Source: an uncultured Dehalococcoidaceae bacterium (GTDB taxonomy: Bacteria > Chloroflexota > Dehalococcoidia > Dehalococcoidales > RBG-16-60-22). Taken from it: DNA of 64,000 nucleotides. Of this stretch, positions 18,091 to 27,350 are shown piece after piece. Positions within the stretch are counted from its first letter, which is position 1. Every line of letters starts with the position of its first letter. Under the pieces are notes generated by a model. It saw nothing but the letters and a program-made list of their open reading frames with translations. It was not told the origin of the DNA and ran no database searches. Location: the NCBI GenBank assembly GCA_964595455.1, contig CAZQQL010000002.1, forward strand, positions 725 to 64,724, in the 5' to 3' direction. Position numbers and translations under genes: made by a program.

Positions 18091-18576
18091 CTAAACCGTC
18101 TTTCTCATCCACCTGAACGTCACCAGGTACATCAGGTAGTCCCAGGTGTTGCCCAGCAGGTTCCCGGTCCGTACCATGTGCAGATACGTAGTGATGATCC
18201 GGGCTTTTTCCGGACCGTATGCTTCACGGAGCTTCTGAACGGTCTCCGGATCAGGCCGGGCGTTTGATTCCGCCCAGTGCTGCGCGAAGAGCACTGCCGC
18301 AGCTTCATCTCCGGGACAATCAGCAACGTCTCCCTCCAGCAGCCTGCTGATCTCCACCGGCCCGACGCCGCTTTTCAATGCCTGCTTCGTGTGAAAATAC
18401 GAGCAGTACCGGCAGCCGTTGACTCCGGTAACTGCCAGCATCAGCCGCTCCCGGAACGCCGGTGATACCAGGTTTTCGTCAGCGGCTTTCTTGAGGAGCT
18501 TCCTGTTTTTAAATGGCACCATGAGGTCGCGCCAGAGGTCAGCCGGGTTCCGGTATGTCCGTTTCCTGAATGTCAT
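18091..18576 (-). CDS. carboxymuconolactone decarboxylase / AhpD-like family protein
   Basis: LAVTGVNGCRYCSYFHTKQAL (CxxC in the AhpD-like helix). Start set at MTFRKRTY, whose ATG overlaps the upstream stop as ATGA. Confidence 0.65.
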   Translation of the reverse strand: MTFRKRTYRNPADLWRDLMVPFKNRKLLKKAADENLVSPAFRERLMLAVTGVNGCRYCSYFHTKQALKSGVGPVEISRLLEGDVADCPGDEAAAVLFAQHWAESNARPDPETVQKLREAYGPEKARIITTYLHMVRTGNLLGNTWDYLMYLVTFRWMRKTV

Positions 18577-19061
18577 TGAAGGCTGCCTGTTTCTTCCGGC
18601 TGCTGGGCCAGTTCCAACAGCCGGCGGTACTGCCAATCTCTTTCTGCTGCTATGGATTGTTCCCGCTCAGCTTCACCATTAGTCCGGTAGACGGCCTGCA
18701 GAACGTACATCGCCGCGCCGATGGAGTGCCGGGGTACGTGCGCCGTGGCGACGGCCTGCCCGGCAGCCCGGGCGGCGGACCGGGCCGGTGTGTCAGTCCC
18801 GGCTTCACGCGCCGCCGCGTGCGCCCCCAGCGACGCCCCCCGGATAACGCTCATCCGGAACTCGCCCGTATCTATCCATCTCTGCAGCGTCTCCAGGGCG
18901 TTCCGTGGACGCGCGTCGTCCGGGTATCGTTCCTCGAAGAGAGGCATGACCCGCTCGGCGCACTCCCTTGCCCATACGCCAAGCATACGGTGACCGGTGC
19001 GTTTTACCATTTCGGCCAAGCGTTCGTCCTGGAAATATTTGAGGGTGACTTTTCTCTTCAT
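18573..19061 (-). CDS. hypothetical all-helical protein (162 aa)
   Basis: Ala/Arg-rich helical repeats (WARECAERVMPLFE, ARPRNALETLQRWIDTG, AHAAAREAG, AARAAGQAVATAH). Vaguely like the HEAT-type putative immunity proteins, which is an uncertain match. Confidence 0.35.
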   Translation of the reverse strand: MKRKVTLKYFQDERLAEMVKRTGHRMLGVWARECAERVMPLFEERYPDDARPRNALETLQRWIDTGEFRMSVIRGASLGAHAAAREAGTDTPARSAARAAGQAVATAHVPRHSIGAAMYVLQAVYRTNGEAEREQSIAAERDWQYRRLLELAQQPEETGSLQ

Positions 19062-19077
19062 GCAGTGACGATATCCG

Positions 19078-19800
19078 TTATCTTCTCTCCTTATGTTCTT
19101 TGATGATCCGCTCGTTGTTCTCCATGTCGGTCACGTCCTTGCCCGTCACCGGGTGCTTGTAGTGGAACGGCAGGACATACCCGTACATGAAACGCGGGTC
19201 ATCGTAGTCGAACGGGATATCCGCCGGCGGGGGAATGTGCGGCCCCTGCGGGTTCGCCATGCCCTCTCGGATGGTGTTCGGCCAGCGCCACAGTTCATCC
19301 GGAATAGAAACCGTGTAGGGGATATACCAGCGAATGACGAGGAACTTCCAGACCCCGTCCTGCTTGATATATTCGATCTCATACACGCCGGCCACCCAGG
19401 ATTTCCTGAATGTGCCGCTATCGGCCGGCAGGGAGTGGGTTCCGAACGTATACCATCGACCCCAGGCCCTGTCGCCTTTCACGTCCACCACCCCGGCGAT
19501 CGGCATGACCTGGTGGAAGAACTCCGCCGGCTGGCCCGTACCCGGGTCATTGGTCTCGAAATACCGCCGCACCGCGTCCTTGCCAAAGTAGGCGCCTTCC
19601 AGCCAGTACAGGGCGGTCTCCGGGTGCTCGGCAAAGCAGTCGATGACCTCCTGCTTCATCATCCGCATGACGTAATAACTGTAGGCCCGCTGCAGCCGCT
19701 TGACCTGGTTGATGTCATCGAGATAGGCGTACTTCTGCTGCAGGTCGGTAACCTGGTTTTGCAGTTCCGTGATCCTGGCTTCCATTTGTTCCGGCGTCAT
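19078..19800 (-). CDS. NTF2/SnoaL-like domain protein with N-terminal coiled coil (240 aa)
   Basis: The N-terminus MTPEQMEARITELQNQVTDLQQKYAYLDDINQVKRLQRAYSYY is typical of SnoaL_4-like proteins. Confidence 0.45.
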   Translation of the reverse strand: MTPEQMEARITELQNQVTDLQQKYAYLDDINQVKRLQRAYSYYVMRMMKQEVIDCFAEHPETALYWLEGAYFGKDAVRRYFETNDPGTGQPAEFFHQVMPIAGVVDVKGDRAWGRWYTFGTHSLPADSGTFRKSWVAGVYEIEYIKQDGVWKFLVIRWYIPYTVSIPDELWRWPNTIREGMANPQGPHIPPPADIPFDYDDPRFMYGYVLPFHYKHPVTGKDVTDMENNERIIKEHKERR

Positions 19801-19925
19801 GGCGCTCTCCTTTCAGTATACCTTCGGTAACAGGCACTATCAGCGACTATACAACGTGGAGCTTGTAAATGGCAAGCAACTCATCGCTGCTACCACCCAC
19901 CCGGTGCAGTAACCGGATAGCAAGA

Positions 19926-20489
19926 CTATCGCTTGAGGAACTTTTTCCGGAACACGATCAGGACCAGGACGGCCAGTATCACTAACACAGAAACAACGAT
20001 GAGCGGGATGACCAGCGACAACAGCGACGTACCCACGGCCGCTGCGTGTTCCGTGGTCGCGACGGCCGGGTTCACCGTTCCTGCGGTCGCAGTTGTTGAA
20101 ACAAACCTTGTCAGCACAGTAGCGCTCTGTACGGTGGCCGCGACTCCGCCGCCTACGATGAACCCGGTCAGCCATTTGAGCAGGTCGTTATCGATGGGGA
20201 GCACCGAGGTCAGCAACAGGGTTCCCATTAATACTGCCATCGGCGTAGTGATGGTATCGAGGAAGTTATCGATGACCGGGATGTAGTAGGCCAGGATCTC
20301 GAAAAGCGTTGCCGTCCCGAAGCATATCATTGCCGGCAGGGTGCTCAGCCACATGAACCCCTCCTGGGCGGGAAATACGCCGAAATAAGCCGCGATGCTG
20401 GCTACCAGCATCGGCACGAAAACCCTGAAGCCGGCCGCCGCCGCCAGTCCGATCCCCAGGGCTATGGCGGTGATAGTTTCTGTTTCCAT
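19926..20489 (-). CDS. integral membrane protein (DUF4126-like)
   Basis: Hydrophobic throughout. ALGIGLAAAAGFRVFVPMLVASIAAYFG resembles the DUF4126 N-terminal motif. Confidence 0.5.
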   Translation of the reverse strand: METETITAIALGIGLAAAAGFRVFVPMLVASIAAYFGVFPAQEGFMWLSTLPAMICFGTATLFEILAYYIPVIDNFLDTITTPMAVLMGTLLLTSVLPIDNDLLKWLTGFIVGGGVAATVQSATVLTRFVSTTATAGTVNPAVATTEHAAAVGTSLLSLVIPLIVVSVLVILAVLVLIVFRKKFLKR

Positions 20490-20660
20490 GACCTCTACAT
20501 ATCCAATTGTAATAGGTCTCTGTAATATTGGGAGCTAAAATCTTGCGTAATAAAGAAAAAAACTCCCGGCAAAGCATCCCCGAAAACAGGGTAAACCATG
20601 CCGGGAGAGCAGAGCAGCAGCACGTACAAAGCGTGCGATGGTGAGGCTGTTACCGGCCTG

Positions 20661-20954
20661 TCACTGGCCGTTCTTTTTCGTGCTCTTGAAGCTGTCCGCC
20701 ACACTCTTCCCGAAGTCCTCAGCCGCCTTCCCAACGTTCCGGAACCTCTCCTTCACATCTTCGTCCTTGAACCGGTCCGCCAGCGTCTTTGCAGATATTT
20801 TCGCGCTCTCCGCGAACTCGTTGGCCCGCTTCTTCAGCTCCGGGTCATTGAAAACCTCCCCCATCGCCTTCCCGAACGCCTTGAACATCTCCCCGAACTT
20901 CTCGGCCGTCTGTTGAGCATCTGTCTTCTGTTCTTCTTTCTTCTCTTCTGTCAT
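20661..20954 (-). CDS. small Lys/Glu-rich helical protein (97 aa)
   Basis: Complete ORF with internally repeated K/E/F-rich helices (EKFGEMFKAFGKAMGEVF, AAEDFGKSVADSF). No family recognised. Confidence 0.45.
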   Translation of the reverse strand: MTEEKKEEQKTDAQQTAEKFGEMFKAFGKAMGEVFNDPELKKRANEFAESAKISAKTLADRFKDEDVKERFRNVGKAAEDFGKSVADSFKSTKKNGQ

Positions 20955-21103
20955 TTCTCCCCTCCCGTACTCGAATATCGGTCATTGGGACTATACTACG
21001 AACATTCATGGTTGGCAAACGATGAAGTGTTTTGGGTTGTATGCAGTTCGTTCCTCCCTGAAAGAGGGTAGCAACGCAAAAACAAGGCTGGAGGTGAGGC
21101 TGA

Positions 21104-21152
21104 ATTGTTAAAATACCCCGCTCATCCCATGTCTCTCGAAGGATGAGCGGGG
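21104..21152 (-). terminator. rho-independent terminator of the CoA-transferase/ACAD/enolase operon
   Basis: Perfect 12-bp stem CCCCGCTCATCC (21116-21127) / GGATGAGCGGGG (21141-21152). On the minus strand it is followed by TATTTTAAC. Confidence 0.6.
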
Positions 21153-21180
21153 CAATATCCAGCATGTGTATGACGGAGGA

Positions 21181-22350
21181 CTATGCCTTGATCGTTACCG
21201 CCTGCTTGCCGGGAGTGGCGAACTTCTTGACGGCGGCTTCATTCAACTCGATGCCCATGCCGGGACCTTCGGGCGGATAGAGATAGCCTTTTTCATACTT
21301 CGGGCAGCCCAGGCCGAGATCGTCCGGAATGGCCTGGCCGTTGGTCTCGATGAGGTCGTACAGGTTGAGCGGTCCGATGGACTCCTGCTCGATCCTGCCC
21401 AGCCATTCCATGGAAGCCAGGAAGTGGGCTTCGACGGCGGCGCCGAGACCCGAGTTGATCATACAGCCGGTCATGACGAGAAGGCCCATCGACTGCGCGA
21501 TAGCCACGAACTTCTGCGATTTGTGGATTCCGCCGGCCTTGGGGACCTTGAGGAAGAACCCGTCGATGGCGTCCCGCTCGTACAGCTTGATGAGGTCGTT
21601 GAGTTCCTGCGCGGACTCGTCGGCGAATATCGGTACATCAACCTTGCGGCGCAGCCTGGCCAGACCGTCATGGTCCCACCACGGTATCGGCTGCTCGGCG
21701 AGGAAGACATCATACTTGCCGACCGCCTGGAGGAAGCGGAGCGCCTGGGTATAGTTCCAGCCGCCGTTGGTGTCCGTCATGATTTTCACCTGGCTGCCGA
21801 CGGTCTTGCGGACCTCGGCCACCATCTGGACGTCATCATCGACGACGTTGGCGCCGACCTTCAGCTTGAGGCCACCGTACCCGGCCGCGGCGAGCTTCTT
21901 GGCCTGGGCGGCTACCTGTTCCGGCGTGCCGGAGGACATGACATAGGCCAGCTTGATCTTCGGGTTGGAAAGACCACCGAGGAGCTTGTAGACCGGTACC
22001 CCCAGCGCCTTACCCATGAGATCATGGAGGGCGTAGTCGATAACGGCCTTGGAGTGGTTGTTCATGCGTGCGGCCTTGTCCATTTTGGCGACGATGACTT
22101 CTATCCGGAACGGGTCTTCCCCGAGAAGTATCGGCGCAAAGACCTTCGTCACGTTGTGGAAGATGGAATCCTGGCTTTCCCCCATGTACCACATGGAAGT
22201 ATCGCCGCATTCGGCGACGCCGGTGATGCCTTCATCCGTGTGGAGCTTGACCACCACGGTATGCGCGGCCGTCACCGCGGAACCGGACATGACCATGGGT
22301 TTCTTGAACGGCAGGGACACGGGGATTGCTTCGACACTGGTGATCTTCAT
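21181..22350 (-). CDS. enolase-superfamily enzyme (mandelate racemase / muconate lactonizing enzyme family)
   Basis: MKITSVEAIPVSLPFKKP... N-terminal capping domain, then a barrel with KLKVG, MTDTNGGW, FLAEQP and IFADES metal-ligand-type motifs. Confidence 0.8.
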   Translation of the reverse strand: MKITSVEAIPVSLPFKKPMVMSGSAVTAAHTVVVKLHTDEGITGVAECGDTSMWYMGESQDSIFHNVTKVFAPILLGEDPFRIEVIVAKMDKAARMNNHSKAVIDYALHDLMGKALGVPVYKLLGGLSNPKIKLAYVMSSGTPEQVAAQAKKLAAAGYGGLKLKVGANVVDDDVQMVAEVRKTVGSQVKIMTDTNGGWNYTQALRFLQAVGKYDVFLAEQPIPWWDHDGLARLRRKVDVPIFADESAQELNDLIKLYERDAIDGFFLKVPKAGGIHKSQKFVAIAQSMGLLVMTGCMINSGLGAAVEAHFLASMEWLGRIEQESIGPLNLYDLIETNGQAIPDDLGLGCPKYEKGYLYPPEGPGMGIELNEAAVKKFATPGKQAVTIKA

Positions 22351-22396
22351 TGATTAGTCTCCTTGTTTTATTTCTTGCCGGCTCTCAGGACACCGG

Positions 22397-23542
22397 TCAG
22401 TCTACATACTCTCTGCCGATCATATTGCGGCAGATGATGAGCTTCATAACTTCCGCCATGCCGTCCCCGATCTCGGTCAGCAGGGAGTCCCTCAGGTGCT
22501 GCTCGATGGGCAGGTCCTTGCTGTACCCGTAGTGGCCGTGGACCAGCAGGCATTCATGAATGACGTTAAAAGCCGTACGCGGGCACCACCATTTTACCAT
22601 AGCTGACTCTTTGCTGTGCGGCTGGCCGTTTTCCTTCATCCAGAGAACACGGTAGCACAACCACCGGCCGAGTTCCAGGTACGTGGCGCATTCGGCAATG
22701 CGGAAGGACGTTCCCTGGAACTTCGCTATCGGCTTGCCGAACTGCACGCGCTGCTTGACGTATTCTACGGTCTCATCCAGGATGGTCTGCGCCTTGGCGA
22801 GCGATTCCAGCGATCCGAAGGCTCGCAGGCAGTCGAACGTCCGCATGGTCACCTGGAATCCTTTGCCTTCCTCGTCCCCGAGCAGGTAATTCTTGTGCAG
22901 CCGGACGTCTTCCATGGAAACGATGCCGCCCTCCAGGGACTCGCAGCCGATGTCATCTATCTTGTTGATGGTGATGCCGGGGGTATCGAATGGCACGAGG
23001 AACGGGGTCAGCCGCCGGGTGGACGGGTCCGCCTTGGCCAGCGCCATCATGGCGTGGCCCTGGGTGGCAAAGGTGACCCGGTTCTTCTCCCCGTTGAGGA
23101 TGTAATAATCACCGTCCTTGCGGAACGTCGATTTCAAATTCGCTAGGTCTGAGCCGGCTTCGGCCTCGGTCGCGCCCATGCACACGGTTCTCTCGCCGGA
23201 GACGAGGGCCGGCAGCCATTCCTGCTTGAGCTCTTCGCAGCCGAGCGCCATGATCCCGGCCAGGCCGTAGTTGTTGAACACCAGCCAGGCCCCGTCATCG
23301 GCGTGGCGGGCCAGTTCTTCCACCACGACGCCCACGGTAATGGCGTCCTTCGGGTTGCCGCCGTACTCTTCTGCCGTGTTCAACCCCAGGAGGCCAAGAT
23401 TCCCGGCCTGAAGGATCAACTCAGGGGGTATACGTCGTTCCCGGACGCGGTCTTTGTAGGTCGGGGCCAGTTCCTTGAGCCCCCAATCGCGGCACATATT
23501 GCGGAGCATGATCTGCTCTTCGGAAAAGCTGAAATCCAGCAT
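22397..23542 (-). CDS. acyl-CoA dehydrogenase
   Basis: MLDFSFSEEQIMLRNMCRDW..., EYGG, GATEAEAGSD, and C-terminal EIGDGMAEVMKLIICR. Start set at the ATG with GGAGGT 8 nt upstream. Confidence 0.85.
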   Translation of the reverse strand: MLDFSFSEEQIMLRNMCRDWGLKELAPTYKDRVRERRIPPELILQAGNLGLLGLNTAEEYGGNPKDAITVGVVVEELARHADDGAWLVFNNYGLAGIMALGCEELKQEWLPALVSGERTVCMGATEAEAGSDLANLKSTFRKDGDYYILNGEKNRVTFATQGHAMMALAKADPSTRRLTPFLVPFDTPGITINKIDDIGCESLEGGIVSMEDVRLHKNYLLGDEEGKGFQVTMRTFDCLRAFGSLESLAKAQTILDETVEYVKQRVQFGKPIAKFQGTSFRIAECATYLELGRWLCYRVLWMKENGQPHSKESAMVKWWCPRTAFNVIHECLLVHGHYGYSKDLPIEQHLRDSLLTEIGDGMAEVMKLIICRNMIGREYVD

Positions 23543-23561
23543 GTTTTCTGTACCTCCGGTC

Positions 23562-24785
23562 CTACTCGAAGGCCTTTGCTTCGACGAGCCTTGCGTAATC
23601 GTTATCCGAAATACCGAGGACTTCCCGGCAGACATATTCGTTATGTTCGCCGAGGACCGACGACCGCCAGACTTCCGAATCGACCTCGGACAGCTTGAAA
23701 GCCGGCGGATGGGCGTAGTTCACCTTGCCGATGTAAGGGTGTTCGACTTCCCTGAAATAACAGTAGTGTTTGAGCTGCGGGTCTTCATAGATGTCACGGG
23801 CGTCTGCCACGACGCCGGCGCCCACTCCGGCGGCCTGCAGCCGGGCCATGACCTCTTCCGGCGTATGCTCGATGGTCCACGCTTCGACGAGCCTGTCCAG
23901 TTCTTCCCGGGCGGCCAGGCGGGCGGACAGCGTATCGAAACGGGCTGTCCACGCCGGACCGCCGATGACCCGGCAGAAGCTGCGCCATTCCTCATCCGTG
24001 AAGACCTCGATGGCAACCCAGCGGTCATCGCCCTGGCAGCGGTACACGCCGTGCGGGGCGGCATAGTCGCAGGCGTTGCCCTTGACGCTCAATTGCCGCC
24101 TGTTGGCGGAGTAATCGAGGACCACCGGGGCAAAGTAGTTGAGCGTGGATTCAACCTGGGACTGGTCGATGCATTGTCCCTTGCCGGTGCGGCGGCGATA
24201 ATCGAGCGCGGCAACCAGGCCGAACATGCTGAGCAGCGGTGAAAGCTGGTCCGAGTAGTAGCTTGAGACCGGTACCGGGCCGCGGTCCGGCCAGCGAGCC
24301 AGCGAGTAAGCCATGGCGTAAGCCGCCAGCGTCATCCCGAAGCCGCCCTGACCGGCCATCGGGCCGGTGTGGCCGTAGCCGCAGCTCCGCAGCATGATGA
24401 TGTCCGGCTTGATGCTCTTCAGGACGTCATACCCGAGGCCGAACCGCTCCATGACGCCGGTCGGGAAACACTCACCGACCACGTCCGCCCAGGCCACCAG
24501 TTTCTTGAACAGCGCCAGGGCGTCCGGGTTCTTCAGGTTGAGGGTCATGCTGTATTTTTTTGCCGGGTGGCTGAAGGCGAACATGACGCTCCTGCTGATG
24601 GCGTTGGGGGAATCGTTGGTCAGGTTGGTATAGGAAAAGACCCGCCGGATGGGGTCCGGCTGCTTCGCACTCTCAACGCGGACGACGGTCGCGCCGTAAT
24701 GAGCGAGGTAATTGAGGATGAAGACCCCGGCGCCGGACCAGGTCATATCGATGACATTCAATCCCTTGAAGGGCGGATCTGTCAT
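23562..24785 (-). CDS. family III CoA-transferase (CaiB/BaiF/Frc family)
   Basis: LNVIDMTWSGAGVFILNYLAHYGATVVRVES is typical of the family III N-terminus. 407 aa. Confidence 0.85.
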   Translation of the reverse strand: MTDPPFKGLNVIDMTWSGAGVFILNYLAHYGATVVRVESAKQPDPIRRVFSYTNLTNDSPNAISRSVMFAFSHPAKKYSMTLNLKNPDALALFKKLVAWADVVGECFPTGVMERFGLGYDVLKSIKPDIIMLRSCGYGHTGPMAGQGGFGMTLAAYAMAYSLARWPDRGPVPVSSYYSDQLSPLLSMFGLVAALDYRRRTGKGQCIDQSQVESTLNYFAPVVLDYSANRRQLSVKGNACDYAAPHGVYRCQGDDRWVAIEVFTDEEWRSFCRVIGGPAWTARFDTLSARLAAREELDRLVEAWTIEHTPEEVMARLQAAGVGAGVVADARDIYEDPQLKHYCYFREVEHPYIGKVNYAHPPAFKLSEVDSEVWRSSVLGEHNEYVCREVLGISDNDYARLVEAKAFE

Positions 24786-24794
24786 GCTCGCTCC

Positions 24795-26039
24795 TTAGAT
24801 AATGCGGGCCTCTTTCAGGGCCGTGAGTTCCTGTTTTGAAATGCCGAGGCCGGTGTAGACTTCCTCGTTGTGCTCGCCGATGTGCGGGGCGCGGGAACGG
24901 AAGCCGCACTCGGCGTCGCTGAACCGTACGAACGGGCCGGGATATGTCAGCGTCGCGCCGAGTTCAGGGTGTTCCACCTGCTTCCAGAAATCGCGCTCGA
25001 CGTACTGTGGGAACTTCAGGGCGTCTGCCACGTTGAGGCAGATCCCGATGTGGACGCCTTTCTCGCGGGACAGGCGGAACAATTCGTCCTTGGTGTGGTT
25101 GAGGAAGAACTGCTCCAGCGCGGCCATGACGGCGTTCAGGTCTCCCGCGGTCCATTCGCCGTCATGCGGTCTGGTCCAGTCCCAGCGGTCCAGTGCGGTG
25201 GTATCGAGGCCGTCTTCACGCATGCTTTCGATGATTGCCCTGTGGCTGGCGGCCATGGCGGCGGTGGCAAGCGTAAAGGAAATATCGCCGTCCTTGCAAC
25301 GCCAGAGGATCGGCTGGTAGTAGAGGTTACCATCCTTCGTCTGGGTGGTGAAGCGCCTTCGACCCTGCCGCCGTGGTATCGTCTGCTGCAGCACCCAGGG
25401 AAGCTGTTGTTCCGCGGATCCGACGAAACCCAGCCCCATCTGCGTGGGGGCATCGACGACCTGGCCTCGGCCGGTCATGGCCCGGTGATAGAGAGCGGTG
25501 ATCGTTCCGATGGCGGCGTGGGCGGCGCCGGCGAGGAAGGAATGCCGGTAGGTCGTCGTAAGCGGCGGACGGTCCGGGTCGCCGACGTTGAAGACCATCC
25601 CGCCGAGAGCGCGTACGACCAGGTCATCGGCCTTGTAGTCCCGGTACGGCCCTTCCTGCCCGAAGGCGCTGATGCGGGTCAATACGATGCCGGGATTGAC
25701 GGCGCTCAATATCTCGTAACCGAGCCCGATGTTTTCCATGTAGCCGGGCTGGAAGGACTCAATGACGACGTCAGCCCCAGCAGCGAGCTTTTTAAAAACC
25801 TCACGCCCATCATCCGAAAGGATATCCAGGGTGATGCCGCGTTTGCTGGCATTAAAGGCCAGCCAGTTGAGGCCCTTTTCCGGTCCGGGGTCGTCATGGA
25901 AGAAAGGCCCGAGATGACGGGATGGATCGCCGCCGGGAGGTTCGATCTTGACGACGTCCGCTCCCAGGTCTCCGAGCAGCCTGCCGCAGAAAAAACCTTT
26001 TTCGTTGGTAAGATCGAGGACCCGGTACACGCTCAGCAT
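24795..26039 (-). CDS. family III CoA-transferase (CaiB/BaiF/Frc family), second paralog
   Basis: YRVLDLTNEKGFFCGRLLGDLGADVVKIEPPGGD. 414 aa. Lies 9 nt upstream of its paralog. Confidence 0.85.
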   Translation of the reverse strand: MLSVYRVLDLTNEKGFFCGRLLGDLGADVVKIEPPGGDPSRHLGPFFHDDPGPEKGLNWLAFNASKRGITLDILSDDGREVFKKLAAGADVVIESFQPGYMENIGLGYEILSAVNPGIVLTRISAFGQEGPYRDYKADDLVVRALGGMVFNVGDPDRPPLTTTYRHSFLAGAAHAAIGTITALYHRAMTGRGQVVDAPTQMGLGFVGSAEQQLPWVLQQTIPRRQGRRRFTTQTKDGNLYYQPILWRCKDGDISFTLATAAMAASHRAIIESMREDGLDTTALDRWDWTRPHDGEWTAGDLNAVMAALEQFFLNHTKDELFRLSREKGVHIGICLNVADALKFPQYVERDFWKQVEHPELGATLTYPGPFVRFSDAECGFRSRAPHIGEHNEEVYTGLGISKQELTALKEARII

Positions 26040-26286
26040 CGGTGAAATTCCTTTGACGCTATTGGTTGTGCGAGACGGTGGGAACAGGGCGGATTAATCG
26101 GTGAACATGATACCATCAAAGCCTAGATAGTGTCAATTGTTACTAATTTGCAAATGATCGCGGATTCTGTCCTGCGAATGCAAGGCTACAGCCTGATTGT
26201 TCATGGTTCTTTAGACAAAGCGGAGCCTTCTCCGCAACCTCAGGGCAGCACGGGCGTTTTACCCTCGGCCGGGCTTGAAACAATGA

Positions 26287-26814
26287 CTACTTGCCCCCCT
26301 CTTTCTCCCTGTCGAACTCCTGGATAAGCTCCAGAGCATCCTTCTTCATTATCTTCAATATCTGGTTGAGCGACGTAAGCTGTTCTTCGTTCAGCGAGCG
26401 GAACAGCATCTTGCTGCTCCGCTCACGGGACTGGGTGGTCGCCTTCTTCACCAGATCGATGCCTTTCTGGGTGATCGTCACATTCCTCACCCGGCGGTCG
26501 GTATCGCTCCCTACCTCCATCCGCTTCACAAAACCCTGCTTTTCCAGAGTATCCAGTATCTTCGTCACGGCATGCTTGGACCGGAACGTCCTGCGGCTGA
26601 TTTCCGTCGGCATCATCACGGTGTTGTGCAGGATGAGCAGGTGCAGTACGTTGAAACCGGCCCGCGTGATAGGATGTTCCCTCGCCTCGATGTCCACGAA
26701 ACGTGAAATGATGTCCGAAGCGTTCAGAAAAAGCAGCAGCGTGTCCACCCTCAACTCGGCAGCCTGGGCCTTGATGTCCTTGGCGATCAGCTTCGCGCTG
26801 TTCTCGATGTTCAT
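26287..26814 (-). CDS. MarR-family transcriptional regulator
   Basis: Winged-HTH core: MMPTEISRRTFRSKHAVTKILDTLEKQGFVKRMEVGSDTDRRVRNVTITQKG. Start set at MNIENSAKL. Confidence 0.8.
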   Translation of the reverse strand: MNIENSAKLIAKDIKAQAAELRVDTLLLFLNASDIISRFVDIEAREHPITRAGFNVLHLLILHNTVMMPTEISRRTFRSKHAVTKILDTLEKQGFVKRMEVGSDTDRRVRNVTITQKGIDLVKKATTQSRERSSKMLFRSLNEEQLTSLNQILKIMKKDALELIQEFDREKEGGK

Positions 26815-26955
26815 GCTCGTTTGTCCTTTTTGTCCCTGGGTAGATAATAACATAGTATACTATACCAGCGTATACGGTATAAAGGGTAGCCTATCTGCTT
26901 CGCCTGCCCTTCTGCTGCCTTGTTTCCTGGTGCGAAAATAAGTGACAAAACTTAC

Positions 26956-26985
26956 TTTACAATACTAGAAAATATGTTCTATAAT
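26956..26985 (+). promoter_or_regulatory. sigma70-like promoter (TTTACA, 18-nt spacer, TATAAT)
   Basis: TTTACA at 26956-26961 and TATAAT at 26980-26985. It points into the 340-nt non-coding region upstream of the aminopeptidase gene. Confidence 0.35.
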
Positions 26986-27350
26986 TTGTTTGCGCGCAGG
27001 CTTTATGGTGAGCACGAATGGGTAGCGCGGCATCTTGCCCGCGGCCTCTCACAGAATGAAGTATGAGCCGTAGGGTGGGTACCGCTTGCGGTACCCACCG
27101 GTCGCCGTACATTGGATAGCTGCACCTGTCAACGAAGTAAGAAAACCGACCGGCAATAGAAAACTGGTCGTAAGAAAACAAATAACAGCTATGGTCATGA
27201 GAAGCCGGGCTACGGCTCCTCCAGGGTGAAACATGACCTGAAATATTCGGTCCCTTTGAGCCTGAGAAAATTGTATAAAACTGAAAATGACAGAACGAAT
27301 CTATCTGTTACAATACGAAGAAACCACTAATTATGATCGGAGGCCTATTC

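Noticed and set aside
26957-27234. Small minus-strand ORFs (74 aa and 61 aa) in the MarR-aminopeptidase spacer.
   Set aside because: There is no SD at either start, and they overlap strong hairpins. The 61-aa product is hydrophobic, so a small membrane peptide cannot be fully excluded, but the support is too weak to list it as a feature.
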